Part shown: positions 9,425 through 19,651 of the stretch, in pieces
Numbering within the stretch: the stretch's first letter is position 1
How the letters are laid out: every line of letters begins with the position of its first letter
NCBI GenBank assembly: GCA_000433475.1
Contig: HF993102.1
Location: 23,806 to 87,805 of the forward strand
Reading direction: 5' to 3'
Source: Mycoplasma sp. CAG:956
GTDB lineage: Bacteria > Bacillota_I > Bacilli_A > RF39 > UBA660
Length of the DNA stretch: 64,000 bases
Translations under genes and position numbers: made by a program
Notes under the pieces: model-generated
Told to the model about the DNA's origin: nothing
Seen by the model: the letters and a program-made list of their open reading frames with translations, nothing else
The model's database searches: none

Positions 9425-10348
9425 GTGATTAAATTGAAAAAGTTTATATGGCCAGTTATACTTGGCGTTTTATTAGCATTAGAAGTTAAAAATATTGATA
9501 CAATAACTGATTATGTCGTAAGTAAATTGGATAATACAAAAGAAGTAGTTATTTTAGATAGTAATAAATATCATAAAGATGCTTCATATAAATTTGTCCA
9601 AGAAACAACGAATTTCGTTCCTTATAGTTATCATGATTTGCTTAATATAATATATACAGTTATTAATAATGGATGGAATTCTTTTACTTTTTATTGTCCT
9701 AAAGAATATAGTGAGTGTTTAAGTGATATTAAAGATATTTCTACTAACGATACATTACTTACTCAAATTAATAATTATGCTGCCCCTTTTAATTCCTTTG
9801 CATCAATTCAAACTTTATATGATGATACGGGAGAGATTACTTTAAAAATAACGAAGACTTATACAAATGAAGAAATTGCTCTTTTAAATGATAAAGTTAC
9901 AACAATGTTAAACACTGTTATTACTGATAATATGACTCTTAAAGATAAGTTGTTAGCTATTCATGATTATATTATTAATAACACTAAATACGATACAGAA
10001 AAAAATAATAATGGAACGAGTAAATATCATAGTAATACAGCAATTGGAGTTTTTATGGAAGGATATGCCACTTGTAATGGGTATGCTGATGCTTATGCCA
10101 TAGCCTTAGATAAATTAGGAATTAGAAACTATAAAGTATCTAGTAATACACATATTTGGAATGCTGTTTATTATAATGATGAATGGTTACATGTTGACCT
10201 TACTTGGGATGATCCAGTAAGTAGCGATGGTAAAGATTATTTATATCATAAGTACTTTTTAGTTAATAATGAACAAATGAAAAAAGAAGATGAGGATTTA
10301 CAAGACCACATCTTCGATAAAAAAGTTTTCCAAGAATTTATGGATTAA
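9425..10348 (+). CDS. Secreted transglutaminase-like (papain-fold) domain protein
   Basis: Signal peptide. 'GYATCNGYADAYA...H...D' Cys-His-Asp arrangement typical of the transglutaminase-like superfamily. GTG or TTG start. Confidence 0.6.
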   Translation: MIKLKKFIWPVILGVLLALEVKNIDTITDYVVSKLDNTKEVVILDSNKYHKDASYKFVQETTNFVPYSYHDLLNIIYTVINNGWNSFTFYCPKEYSECLSDIKDISTNDTLLTQINNYAAPFNSFASIQTLYDDTGEITLKITKTYTNEEIALLNDKVTTMLNTVITDNMTLKDKLLAIHDYIINNTKYDTEKNNNGTSKYHSNTAIGVFMEGYATCNGYADAYAIALDKLGIRNYKVSSNTHIWNAVYYNDEWLHVDLTWDDPVSSDGKDYLYHKYFLVNNEQMKKEDEDLQDHIFDKKVFQEFMD

Positions 10349-10363
10349 TAGGTTTATAAAGAC

Positions 10364-11794
10364 CTATTTTTTTAATTTTCTAGTGTAATAATTATTAATG
10401 ATATCTTCTAAACTTACTTGATAATTTACCATTATATCTTTGCTACTCATACTAAATAAAGGATTTAAAAGTCCATTAATTGTAACTGGTAGATTATTTG
10501 CTTTTAAATAAGCTATTTTACTAGCTAGTTCAATAAAGGAGATTCTTTTAAGAATTACTTGATTTAAAGAAGTGTCGATATCATTTTCTATTGCAATATT
10601 TAATACTGCTTTATAATTAGCTTTTAAAGGCCAGATTAGTCCCATTTTAGTTAATAGAATTGCATTTTTTCCTAAGGGATTAGCGGAGTGTTCAAAATTA
10701 TATAACCATTTATATAGTTCTATTTTACCATTTGGACTATATGTATAACCATCATCGGTTTTAAAACCAGATGGTACCATTAAATTACCATAATAATCAT
10801 GATAAGCTTTTAAATAGGGATAAATTTCAGCAAAACGAATCTGAATTTTCCAAATCATTTCGATTTTATTTAATAAGGCTACTTTTTCTTTATCTAAGGC
10901 TTGCTTACAAGTACTATTGTTATTAGGATTTAAATAATTTTTATATTTTTTACGTTGAGAATTAATCCAATAACCTAAGTTTACTAGATTACCATCACTA
11001 TCAAAATAAGAATAAGTTGCTGGAACTTTTAAGTCACCATGGATATCATAATATTTAGCAGCTTCCTTATACATTTTCATCCAATAATAGTCATAGTCAG
11101 CAAAATTTGTTATAGAGATTTTTACTAAAGCTTCTCTTTGTTCTATAGTTAAATCACTATTTTTATCTAAAAATTTGGCTTTATTATTTAATAACCATTC
11201 ATAAGCATTAAATTTTTTGCCGTTAGATAAGGACATATCGTAATCTTTTGGCATGTCTAAGCTACCATTAACTTTCAAATAATCTAAAATAGCATTATAC
11301 TTAAGGAGCCAATTTTGTTCATTAAGAGGAAGCCAGTTAATACCTAGTTCTTCTAAAAGAGAGATTCTTTCGTCACTTAAATGCCATCTGGTATTTTTTA
11401 ACTTAGATATGCCTTTGGCATTACGATAATTGTTTCTTTGATTAATTAACCAACGTCCTAAATAATAGGATTTACCATCAATTTTTTCTACATAACTTTG
11501 TTTTATATTTAAATTACCATGAGATTCTTTATACTTTTTAGCTAAAGAGTACATAAAAAGCCATTCATCTTCTAATGGATGCCAAGATATATTTAAATGT
11601 TCTAACATTTTAATTTCTTCATCTGTTAGTTTATTATTACGATATTTATTACGTTGTGCGTTTATATAGCAGCCTAAATTAACTACTCTACCATCTTTGG
11701 TAGTAACCTTATAATTAATAGGAATATTAATATCTTGATGTTCATTATAATACTCTACTAATAAATCATAGTAAAATTGTAAATTATAATTCAT
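10364..11794 (-). CDS. Protein composed of about 5 tandem helicase-associated (HA, PF03457-like) domain repeats plus a C-terminal module
   Basis: Repeating 'W...Y..L..Y....G.L.VP......G..LG.W...QR......L....I..L..IG..W' units. Confidence 0.65.
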   Translation of the reverse strand: MNYNLQFYYDLLVEYYNEHQDINIPINYKVTTKDGRVVNLGCYINAQRNKYRNNKLTDEEIKMLEHLNISWHPLEDEWLFMYSLAKKYKESHGNLNIKQSYVEKIDGKSYYLGRWLINQRNNYRNAKGISKLKNTRWHLSDERISLLEELGINWLPLNEQNWLLKYNAILDYLKVNGSLDMPKDYDMSLSNGKKFNAYEWLLNNKAKFLDKNSDLTIEQREALVKISITNFADYDYYWMKMYKEAAKYYDIHGDLKVPATYSYFDSDGNLVNLGYWINSQRKKYKNYLNPNNNSTCKQALDKEKVALLNKIEMIWKIQIRFAEIYPYLKAYHDYYGNLMVPSGFKTDDGYTYSPNGKIELYKWLYNFEHSANPLGKNAILLTKMGLIWPLKANYKAVLNIAIENDIDTSLNQVILKRISFIELASKIAYLKANNLPVTINGLLNPLFSMSSKDIMVNYQVSLEDIINNYYTRKLKK

Positions 11795-11797
11795 TTT

Positions 11798-14700
11798 TTA
11801 CCTCCTAACAAGATTCATTCTATTTTGATATTTTATAATTAGTTCCTCTAGAGAAACATTATATTCATTTTTTAAATCTATACTACTCATGGTAAATATA
11901 GGATTTATTTCATTTTCGCTTTCTAAGTGTAATTTATTATCAAGGCAAAAACATATTTTAGCATTTAATTCTAAAAAAGAATATCTATTTATAATGTTTT
12001 TAAATAACTTATTAGAAAGATGATAATAATTACATAGATTAAAATTATTAATATGATTATCACTTTTATTCCAAATCATCCCTATTTTATTTAAAAGTTC
12101 AATTTGTAAGGAATTTAATTTGTTATCTTGATAATCTATCTGTTGTTTATGATACCAACTTCCTAGAGCTACACTTTTTCCTTTAGCATCATATGTTTTA
12201 TAAGCAATAACTATTGCTAGATTTTTATTAGTTAAATAATATTCTTTAGCATAGTTATACATTCTAAGCCACTCTAAACTTAAATTAAGCCAAGATATCT
12301 TTAAATTTTCAAATATTTTAATTTCTTCTTCCGGTAATTTATTTTCCCAATAAAGTTGTCTTTGTTGTTCTACCCATTGATATAAATTAAATTCACCTGT
12401 AGAAATAATAGCTTTATAATTTGATTCAACTAGTAAATTACCATATGTATTATAGTAATCTCTAGCAGCATTTAATTTTTCGTTCCATAATGAATCAGCA
12501 TTTTGCAATTTTATACCTATCATTTGTAATTTAGCTATCTCTTCATTAGTTAATTTGCCAGTAAGAAATTTATCTTTTTGTTTTTGAAGCCAGTTACCAA
12601 TATTTATAGTAATATTATCATCATAAGCTACCTCATAATCTAAAGGAATATCTAAAGTACCATATTTTTCTTTATATTTAATAACTTCTTGATAATTAAA
12701 TTGCCATTCTTCTTCTTTTGAAAGATGAAGTTTCCAAACCATATTAATGCTATCTAAGGCTTTAATTTGAAAGTCACTTAAGCTATTTGCTTTTTTTCTT
12801 TTTCTTTGGATATAAAGCCAATAACCGAGATAGACTTCTTCGTTATAGAATCCAGTAACGGTCTTGGTAAAACCTAAATCAAGATTATGATAAGTATTGG
12901 CATATTTCTTAGCTATAACAAAGTTATACCACCATAGATCATACTGATATAAATCTTTTTTATCGGGTGGTAAAAGAGCTGATATATTACCTTCTTTAAT
13001 AGCTTGATACCATTTTTTGGCTATAAGTTCATTTGCAGTAGTACGATAGTGCTTAGAAGTTTGACTCCAAATCATATCTATACTATCTAAAGCTTTGATT
13101 TGTTCTTTAAATAAGCCACCACTCGTTTCTCGCCTTTTTTGACTAGTTAGCCAAGTTGTTAAGTTAAAATCTTCATCGTAATAGCCTTTTACTATCTCGT
13201 TTTTATTAGGACATAAACAGCCATATTTTTGATAATATTGGTAAGCAAGACTAAACTGATACCACCATAAATCAAAGAAAGACAACATAGCTTTTGAAGC
13301 TGGTAAAATCTTTTTAACATTATTATTTTTGATGGCTTCTAACCATTTACTGGCAATTGAATAATTAGCTTCATCAGGTTTCAAAGTCTTATTAGCAATG
13401 CTATTAAAAGCCTTTCTTTGATATTCATTTAAACTATTTTTATTATTACGATTAGCTTGACGCATTAACCAACTTCCAACATAAAATGGTTCGTTATAGA
13501 ATCCTAACATTAGTTGATTACTTGAGATATTTAAAACGATATTTTCAGTTAAATATTTTTTAGCAAGAGCAAAATTATACCACCAAATGTCAAAGTAACT
13601 TAATTTTCCTTTATCATCAGGTAAAAGTGATTTAACATTATTATTTTTAATAGCTTCTAACCATTTGACAGCAGCTATATCAGCCCTATTTTCTATTTCT
13701 GATTTATCTTTTTCTATCCTATCTAATTGGTACCAATTAGAACAAATATTATTTAGAGCTTCTAATTTATAAGGTTCTAACTGATTACTTAGATATTTTA
13801 ATCTTTGATGACGATACCACCTGTCTATTATAACATCTTCACCATAGTAACCTTTAACTGTCAATTCATAGTACATAGCTAAATTACCATGTTCTTGATA
13901 AAATTTTTTTAACAAAGCTAGGTTATACCACCAAAGATTAAGATTATCTAATGATTCTTTATTTTTTGGTAAAATACTTTTAATATCAGCATTTAAAATA
14001 GCATCCTGCCATTTTTTATTTACAGAATCGATATAACTTTTAGTCTTTTTTTCCCAAATAATGCCGATATTATCAAGAGCTTGAATTTGCTTATCAGATA
14101 ATTTATCTTTTTGGCGGTTTTTTTGACAACTAAGCCAAATTCCTAAATTAACGATTTCACCATAGTAGCCAGTAGTTTTATAGCTTTGGGAAAAATCCAG
14201 GTTATGATGTTCTTGGTAATAAGTTCTAGCTAAAGAATATTTATACCACCATAAGTCATTTAAGTTTAAGCAATCTCTACTAATAGGTAAAATACTTTGA
14301 ACACTATTATTTTTAAATGCTTTTAACCATCTATCAGCTATTATGTTTTTAATATCGTTTTCATCTTTTTGCCAGATTATCTCTAATTTTTCTAAATAAG
14401 TAATTTGACGTTTAGATAACATATTATTTCTTTTTCTAGCTATTTGAGCATTAATCCAGGCACTTAAAGAGACATTCTTTCCATAATAATCAATGATAGT
14501 TTGATTAGACTTTAGATTAATATTTTTCTTTTCTTCATAACATTTTTTAACTAATAAATAATTATACCACCAAATTTCATAGCGAGTTAAATATTCTTTT
14601 TTTAAGGGAAGAGCACTTCTAATATCATTTATTTCAAACATTTGAAACCAACAGTTAATTAGTTGGTGACCAGTTATTTTAGCCTTTTTTTCATTTAAAA

Positions 14701-15037
14701 GTCCAATATTTTTTAAAAATACTATTTTATCTTCTTCTAAGAGATTATTTTGAAATCTAAATATTTGAATATCTAGCCAACTTTTTAAGTTGGTTTGTTC
14801 GTTATAAGCTCCTATTATGTTAGTGTTATTAAAAATTTGTCCTTTATTTAATAAAGTAAGGTGATTTATAATTAGTCCTAAGTTATACCACCATAATTTT
14901 TCAAGATTTAATTCATCTTTTATTGCTGGTAAGTTTTGAGCTAATTTAACATCACTATTAAGACTTGTTTGTACCATAATTACATTTCCCCCCCTTAAAT
15001 GTAAAAATATACTATCACTTTTATTTACAAAATGCAA
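11798..15037 (-). CDS. Large protein of about 10 tandem HA-domain repeats (roughly 110-aa super-repeat) with the same C-terminal module as 10364..11794
   Basis: Seven 'LWWYN(F/L)ALAKKYY..H.NL...' super-repeats followed by three shorter HA units. The likely true start is the ATG at 14977 behind 'AGGGGGGGAAA'; the track start at 15037 is TTG. Confidence 0.65.
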   Translation of the reverse strand: MHFVNKSDSIFLHLRGGNVIMVQTSLNSDVKLAQNLPAIKDELNLEKLWWYNLGLIINHLTLLNKGQIFNNTNIIGAYNEQTNLKSWLDIQIFRFQNNLLEEDKIVFLKNIGLLNEKKAKITGHQLINCWFQMFEINDIRSALPLKKEYLTRYEIWWYNYLLVKKCYEEKKNINLKSNQTIIDYYGKNVSLSAWINAQIARKRNNMLSKRQITYLEKLEIIWQKDENDIKNIIADRWLKAFKNNSVQSILPISRDCLNLNDLWWYKYSLARTYYQEHHNLDFSQSYKTTGYYGEIVNLGIWLSCQKNRQKDKLSDKQIQALDNIGIIWEKKTKSYIDSVNKKWQDAILNADIKSILPKNKESLDNLNLWWYNLALLKKFYQEHGNLAMYYELTVKGYYGEDVIIDRWYRHQRLKYLSNQLEPYKLEALNNICSNWYQLDRIEKDKSEIENRADIAAVKWLEAIKNNNVKSLLPDDKGKLSYFDIWWYNFALAKKYLTENIVLNISSNQLMLGFYNEPFYVGSWLMRQANRNNKNSLNEYQRKAFNSIANKTLKPDEANYSIASKWLEAIKNNNVKKILPASKAMLSFFDLWWYQFSLAYQYYQKYGCLCPNKNEIVKGYYDEDFNLTTWLTSQKRRETSGGLFKEQIKALDSIDMIWSQTSKHYRTTANELIAKKWYQAIKEGNISALLPPDKKDLYQYDLWWYNFVIAKKYANTYHNLDLGFTKTVTGFYNEEVYLGYWLYIQRKRKKANSLSDFQIKALDSINMVWKLHLSKEEEWQFNYQEVIKYKEKYGTLDIPLDYEVAYDDNITINIGNWLQKQKDKFLTGKLTNEEIAKLQMIGIKLQNADSLWNEKLNAARDYYNTYGNLLVESNYKAIISTGEFNLYQWVEQQRQLYWENKLPEEEIKIFENLKISWLNLSLEWLRMYNYAKEYYLTNKNLAIVIAYKTYDAKGKSVALGSWYHKQQIDYQDNKLNSLQIELLNKIGMIWNKSDNHINNFNLCNYYHLSNKLFKNIINRYSFLELNAKICFCLDNKLHLESENEINPIFTMSSIDLKNEYNVSLEELIIKYQNRMNLVRR

Positions 15038-15050
15038 ATATTTTTTGAGT

Positions 15051-15097
15051 AAAAAAAGATAATAACGAAATTACTATTTCAGTAACTAATTATTATC
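15051..15097 (-). terminator. rho-independent terminator downstream of ileS
   Basis: GATAATAA...TTATTATC stem with inner TTACT/AGTAA stem, followed by U7 on the minus strand. Confidence 0.6.
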
Positions 15098-15109
15098 TTT
15101 TTAAAATAA

Positions 15110-18100
15110 TTATTCAGCACTAGTTATACTTAAAGTACAATCTTCGCCATTAATGTCATAGTGATTTTCACTTTCTTCTAAAGTTAGATTGTTTGCTAAA
15201 GTTTCTGACTTAATAAAATCAGCATATTTAGTAAAGCATTCAACAATCTTATCTGAACCACTATAAGTAACATTGATATGGTCTTGAATATCTAAATCCA
15301 TTTCTTTACGCATGTTTTGTAGTTTAGAAACGATTTCTCTTGCCATACCTTCAAGTAATAATTCATCAGTTAAAGTTGTATCTAAAATAACAAAATCACG
15401 ACCATTCATGGCAACATCAAAGCCTTCTTTTGCCTCAATACGAACATCTATCATATTACTAGTGATAATTAAATCTTTATCTTGGAAAGTAACATTTAAT
15501 TCTTCTTTATTATTTAACTTTAGTTTATCTTCTTCACTTAAATTTAATAATAATTCTTGGTAAGCTTTAATATCTTTGCCAAACATAGAACCAGCTACTC
15601 TAAAGTTAGGTTTAATAGTTAAGTTCATATATTTACTTAAATCTTTAGTAAATTCTAGATTTTTAACATTTAATTCTTCGGTAATAAGATTAGTTAAATC
15701 GCCTAGTAAGTCTTCTAATTTACCATCAATAATAACAGTTGCAAGAGGAATTCTTACTTTGATTTTGCTATCTTCTCTGGCATTACGTCCTAGAGATATT
15801 AAGTCTCTTACTTTATCCATTTTTTCTTCAATAGTAGAGTTAATATATTCTTCGTTAACTACTGGATAATTACTTAAATGAACTGATTCTTCATTTGTTA
15901 AATTACGGTACATTTCCTCAGAAATATAAGGACAAATTGGAGCAATTAGTTTAGATAAGCCTACTAAGACATCATAAGTAGTTTTGTAAACAGCCTTTTT
16001 ACTAGTTGTAAGATGACTATCCCAGAAACGATTACGATTACGACGAATATACCAGTTAGATAGGTCTTCACAAACAAAGTCTGTTAAAAAGTGAACTACT
16101 TTATTTAAATCATATTCATCAAATGAAGCTCTAACATTTTTAACTAAAGTATTATATTTAGAAAGTAACCATTTATCAATTAAGTCTAGGTCTTCGTATT
16201 TAACATTACATTCATCAGTATCTATTTTATCAGCATTAGCATACATAACAAAGAAATTGTAAGTATTTTTAAGAGGGTTAAAAAACTTAGAATGAACTTC
16301 TTTTAAACCATCAAATGAGAACTTAAGTGGTGTCCATACTGGTGAAACATAAGGTAAGTAGAATCTTACTTCATCAGCACCATATTCTTCGATAGTCTTG
16401 AAAGGCTCAACGATATTGCCACGGGATTTACTCATCTTTTTACCTTCACCGTCTAATAGTAAGTCATTTACTAAAACATTACGGTAAGGAGCATGCCCCA
16501 TTACAAAGGTAGAAATAACCATTAAAGTGTAGAACCAACCTCTAGTTTGGTCAATTCCTTCACAAATAAAGTCAGCTGGGAATTGTGTTTCAAATAATTC
16601 TTTATTTTCAAATGGATAATGATATTGAGCAAATGGCATAGAACCAGAATCAAACCAACAGTCTAAAACATCAGGAATACGTTCCATAGCACCACCACAC
16701 TCTGGACAAGTTAGATGGACTGTATCAATATATGGTTTATGTAAATCAAAGTCTTCTGGTAATTTTTCGATGCTACGATTTCTTAATTCTTCGATACTTC
16801 CTAACATTTCATTGTGACCACAACTACATTTGAAGAATGGAATTGGTGAACCCCAGAAACGGCTACGGGAAATATTCCAGTCTTTAGCATTACTTAACCA
16901 GTTAGCAAATCTTTTTTCGCCAACATAATCAGGATACCAGTTAACTTCTTTATTAGCTTCTACTAATTTTTCTTTAAAAGCTGATACCTTAATATAATAA
17001 CTAGGCATAGTATAATAAATTAATGGAGTATGGCATCTCCAGCAATGTGGATAGTCATGGGTTATTTTTTGCTTTCTAAATAATTTATTATTTTCTTTTA
17101 AGTAAGCAATAACATCATCAGTACAATCGAAAACAAATTTACCAGCCCAAGGTCCTTCTGTATAACAGCCGTCTTTGCCAACTGGATTAACAATTGGCAC
17201 CCCGTAACGGTTACAAACATTGGCATCATCAACTCCGAAAGCACCAGCCATATGAACAATACCAGTACCATCAGAAGCCGTAACGTATTCATCACACATA
17301 ACAAAGAATGCTTTACCTTCCACTTTTAACTCTGGAATTAATTGCTCATATTCAGTAAATTCTAAGGATTTTCCTTTGAATTTTTCTAAAATTTCAACTT
17401 TTTTATCTTGAAAAACACTAGTAATCAAGCTTTCAGCTACAATATACTTAAGTCCATCTACTAAGACTTTTACATATTCCATATTTGGATTAACACAAAG
17501 ACCTACATTTGCAAGTAAAGTCCAAGGTGTAGTTGTCCAAGCTAGAAAATAAGTATCACTATTTTTTATCTTAAAAGGTACATATAAAGTAGTTGCTGTC
17601 TCAGATACATATTCTTGAGCAACTTCATGGGTAGCAAGCCCAGTACCGCAGTGAGGGCAATAAGGCACTACTCTAGTTCCTTCATAAAAGTATCCCTCAT
17701 CAAAGAATTTCTTTAAAATCCACCATTCTGTTTCAATATACTCATTTTTATAAGTTAAATATGGATGGTCAACATCAATAAATTGACCCATTTTACTAGT
17801 TAGTCTAGTGAAAGCTGCTTCGTTTTCAGCAACACTATTACGGCATTCTTGATTAAATTTATCAACACCAAGTTCTAGAATTTCTTTCTTTGAAGAGATA
17901 CCTAATTTCTTCTCTACATGGTTTTCAATAGGTAGGCCATGAGTATCCCAACCTACTTTTCTTAAAACTTTTTTACCATTCATGGCATGATATTTGCAAA
18001 TTGAGTCTTTTAGGTTTTTAGCAACCATATGGTGAAGTCCTGGAAAACCATTAGCAAATGCTGGTCCATCATAGAAAACAAAAGTATCGCAATCTTTATG

Positions 18101-18301
18101 AACTTCATTTTGACGATTTAAAATATTAACGATGCCACCCCAACTTTGCAAAATGTCATTTTCTACAACACTAGTTGGTCTTTTGTCTAAATTTTTAAAA
18201 TTTTTCATACATTTTCCTCCCAAATATTTGATAAAAAAAGAAAAAATCCCATAACATAAGGGCGAATTACCGCGGTACCACCTTATTTTATGAGATATCA
18301 T
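15110..18301 (-). CDS. ileS: Isoleucine--tRNA ligase (long, about 1030 aa form)
   Basis: Class I aaRS with HMGH-like and KMSKS ('KMSKSRGN') motifs and zinc knuckles. The true start is probably the ATG at 18208 (MKNFKNLDK...) behind GGAGGAAAATGT; the upstream part of the track ORF is the T-box leader. Confidence 0.95.
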   Translation of the reverse strand: MISHKIRWYRGNSPLCYGIFSFFIKYLGGKCMKNFKNLDKRPTSVVENDILQSWGGIVNILNRQNEVHKDCDTFVFYDGPAFANGFPGLHHMVAKNLKDSICKYHAMNGKKVLRKVGWDTHGLPIENHVEKKLGISSKKEILELGVDKFNQECRNSVAENEAAFTRLTSKMGQFIDVDHPYLTYKNEYIETEWWILKKFFDEGYFYEGTRVVPYCPHCGTGLATHEVAQEYVSETATTLYVPFKIKNSDTYFLAWTTTPWTLLANVGLCVNPNMEYVKVLVDGLKYIVAESLITSVFQDKKVEILEKFKGKSLEFTEYEQLIPELKVEGKAFFVMCDEYVTASDGTGIVHMAGAFGVDDANVCNRYGVPIVNPVGKDGCYTEGPWAGKFVFDCTDDVIAYLKENNKLFRKQKITHDYPHCWRCHTPLIYYTMPSYYIKVSAFKEKLVEANKEVNWYPDYVGEKRFANWLSNAKDWNISRSRFWGSPIPFFKCSCGHNEMLGSIEELRNRSIEKLPEDFDLHKPYIDTVHLTCPECGGAMERIPDVLDCWFDSGSMPFAQYHYPFENKELFETQFPADFICEGIDQTRGWFYTLMVISTFVMGHAPYRNVLVNDLLLDGEGKKMSKSRGNIVEPFKTIEEYGADEVRFYLPYVSPVWTPLKFSFDGLKEVHSKFFNPLKNTYNFFVMYANADKIDTDECNVKYEDLDLIDKWLLSKYNTLVKNVRASFDEYDLNKVVHFLTDFVCEDLSNWYIRRNRNRFWDSHLTTSKKAVYKTTYDVLVGLSKLIAPICPYISEEMYRNLTNEESVHLSNYPVVNEEYINSTIEEKMDKVRDLISLGRNAREDSKIKVRIPLATVIIDGKLEDLLGDLTNLITEELNVKNLEFTKDLSKYMNLTIKPNFRVAGSMFGKDIKAYQELLLNLSEEDKLKLNNKEELNVTFQDKDLIITSNMIDVRIEAKEGFDVAMNGRDFVILDTTLTDELLLEGMAREIVSKLQNMRKEMDLDIQDHINVTYSGSDKIVECFTKYADFIKSETLANNLTLEESENHYDINGEDCTLSITSAE

Positions 18302-18445
18302 ACACTCTTACTTTTAACGCAAGTTAAACGGCTATAAGCACATCGAAAAGTGATTTGAAATAAACTAATTTACTGCCTTTCACCAAATGACAGCTCTCTT
18401 TGAAATATCATTTATTTCCGTCTTTTTTCATCTGATTTACTGTTT
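18215..18445 (-). promoter_or_regulatory. T-box riboswitch leader of ileS
   Basis: Conserved T-box 'AAGGUGGUACCGCGG' (plus 18270-18284). Antiterminator AAGG/CCUU + 7-nt UGGUACC bulge + GCG/CGC. U-tract follows. Candidate AUC-A specifier upstream. Confidence 0.7.
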
Positions 18446-18446
18446 A

Positions 18447-18475
18447 ATTATACATCAAGTATTTTTCTCTTGCAA
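18447..18475 (-). promoter_or_regulatory. sigmaA promoter driving the ileS T-box leader
   Basis: TTGCAA, 17 nt, TGTATAAT (extended -10). Confidence 0.55.
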
Positions 18476-18528
18476 GTTTTTTACGTTAGTATTTACTAAT
18501 TAATTTAGTGATAATTTGTAATTTTTAC

Positions 18529-19464
18529 TTATTTTGTAATCGAACCGTTGATTTTCTTTAAATATATTAATCTTTTAATTGGTGCTTTTAACTGACTGAT
18601 ACTTCGTTTACTTAAGTAATAGTGGGGTTTAATATAATCTTTATAATAGTATTCTCTTAAACTATTTAATGCTGATGTACTTCTTAGAATAAACAAGCAA
18701 TTTTCTAAGATATGTTCTACTCCGACATCAGTTATATTAGCTATTTTAGCAATCTGTCTTTTAGTTAGTGGCTCTTCAATGCCAAGTCCATAATACATCT
18801 TAAATATTTTTTGATAATTTAAAGGTATATATTTATTAATGATAGTAAGAATATCTTGAGTTTCATAATAATCATCATCACCTATTTTTACGTCTTCTGT
18901 TGTAATTTTAGTATCAACGTAATTTTTTCTATTTACTAAGCCTATTATTCTTCTCATTCCCTTAATATCAATATTAAATTTAGAAGCTAGTTCTAAACAA
19001 TCAAGTTCTTTAGTATTACCAGCTTCTAAGTCATTTAAATATTTTAAATATAAAAAGACTATATAATCAAAATTATCACCAACTTTAGCAGTTGTATGAT
19101 TTAAACTAATTTCTTTATTAATATTTTTAATTATATAAAAATAAACTGAATTATTTATATTACCAGACTTAAATTTTTTTATTCCTTCAATAAAACCATT
19201 TACGGCTGCCATGGCAACATCATTTAAATCAATACCTTCTATATTGTAATTAAAAACTATAGAAAGAATGAATGGATAATAATATTTAACAAGTATAGTT
19301 AAAGCTCTTTTATTGTTTTGCTTAGCAAGTTCTACTAGTTTTAATAATTTTTCAGAAGGAATCTTAGAATATTTTAAATCTCTTAAGCTATTTAGATTAT
19401 TTATATCAATGTTATCAAATTTTTCAACTATTATTTCTAATTCTTTTAGTTCTTCATTAGTCAT
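18529..19464 (-). CDS. Divergent sigma-70-family-like protein (311 aa)
   Basis: Region-2-like 'LVKYYYPFILSIVFNY...GIDLNDVAMAAVNGFIEGIKKFK...YFYIIKNINKEI' and a C-terminal HTH-like 'LTKRQIAKIANITDVGVEHILENCLFILRS'. Very divergent. Confidence 0.4.
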   Translation of the reverse strand: MTNEELKELEIIVEKFDNIDINNLNSLRDLKYSKIPSEKLLKLVELAKQNNKRALTILVKYYYPFILSIVFNYNIEGIDLNDVAMAAVNGFIEGIKKFKSGNINNSVYFYIIKNINKEISLNHTTAKVGDNFDYIVFLYLKYLNDLEAGNTKELDCLELASKFNIDIKGMRRIIGLVNRKNYVDTKITTEDVKIGDDDYYETQDILTIINKYIPLNYQKIFKMYYGLGIEEPLTKRQIAKIANITDVGVEHILENCLFILRSTSALNSLREYYYKDYIKPHYYLSKRSISQLKAPIKRLIYLKKINGSITK

Positions 19465-19651
19465 GTTATCCCCACTTCTTTTGAAGACTTATTTTAGCAT
19501 ATTTATTGTTAAAAGTAAAAACTTTTGCTATGATAATAATGTAAAAATAGAAAGGATTCAATTAATTTTTAATTACTTATGCTATTTTAAAAGAAAAAAG
19601 ATTTTAAATAGTATAAAAATGTTAAAATTAGTTGCTAAAATGTGATTTAAA

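Noticed and set aside
15312-17304. Small plus- and minus-strand ORFs inside ileS (15312-15563, 15576-15869, 17098-17304).
   Set aside because: They are embedded in or antisense to a highly conserved aaRS coding region and have no RBS.
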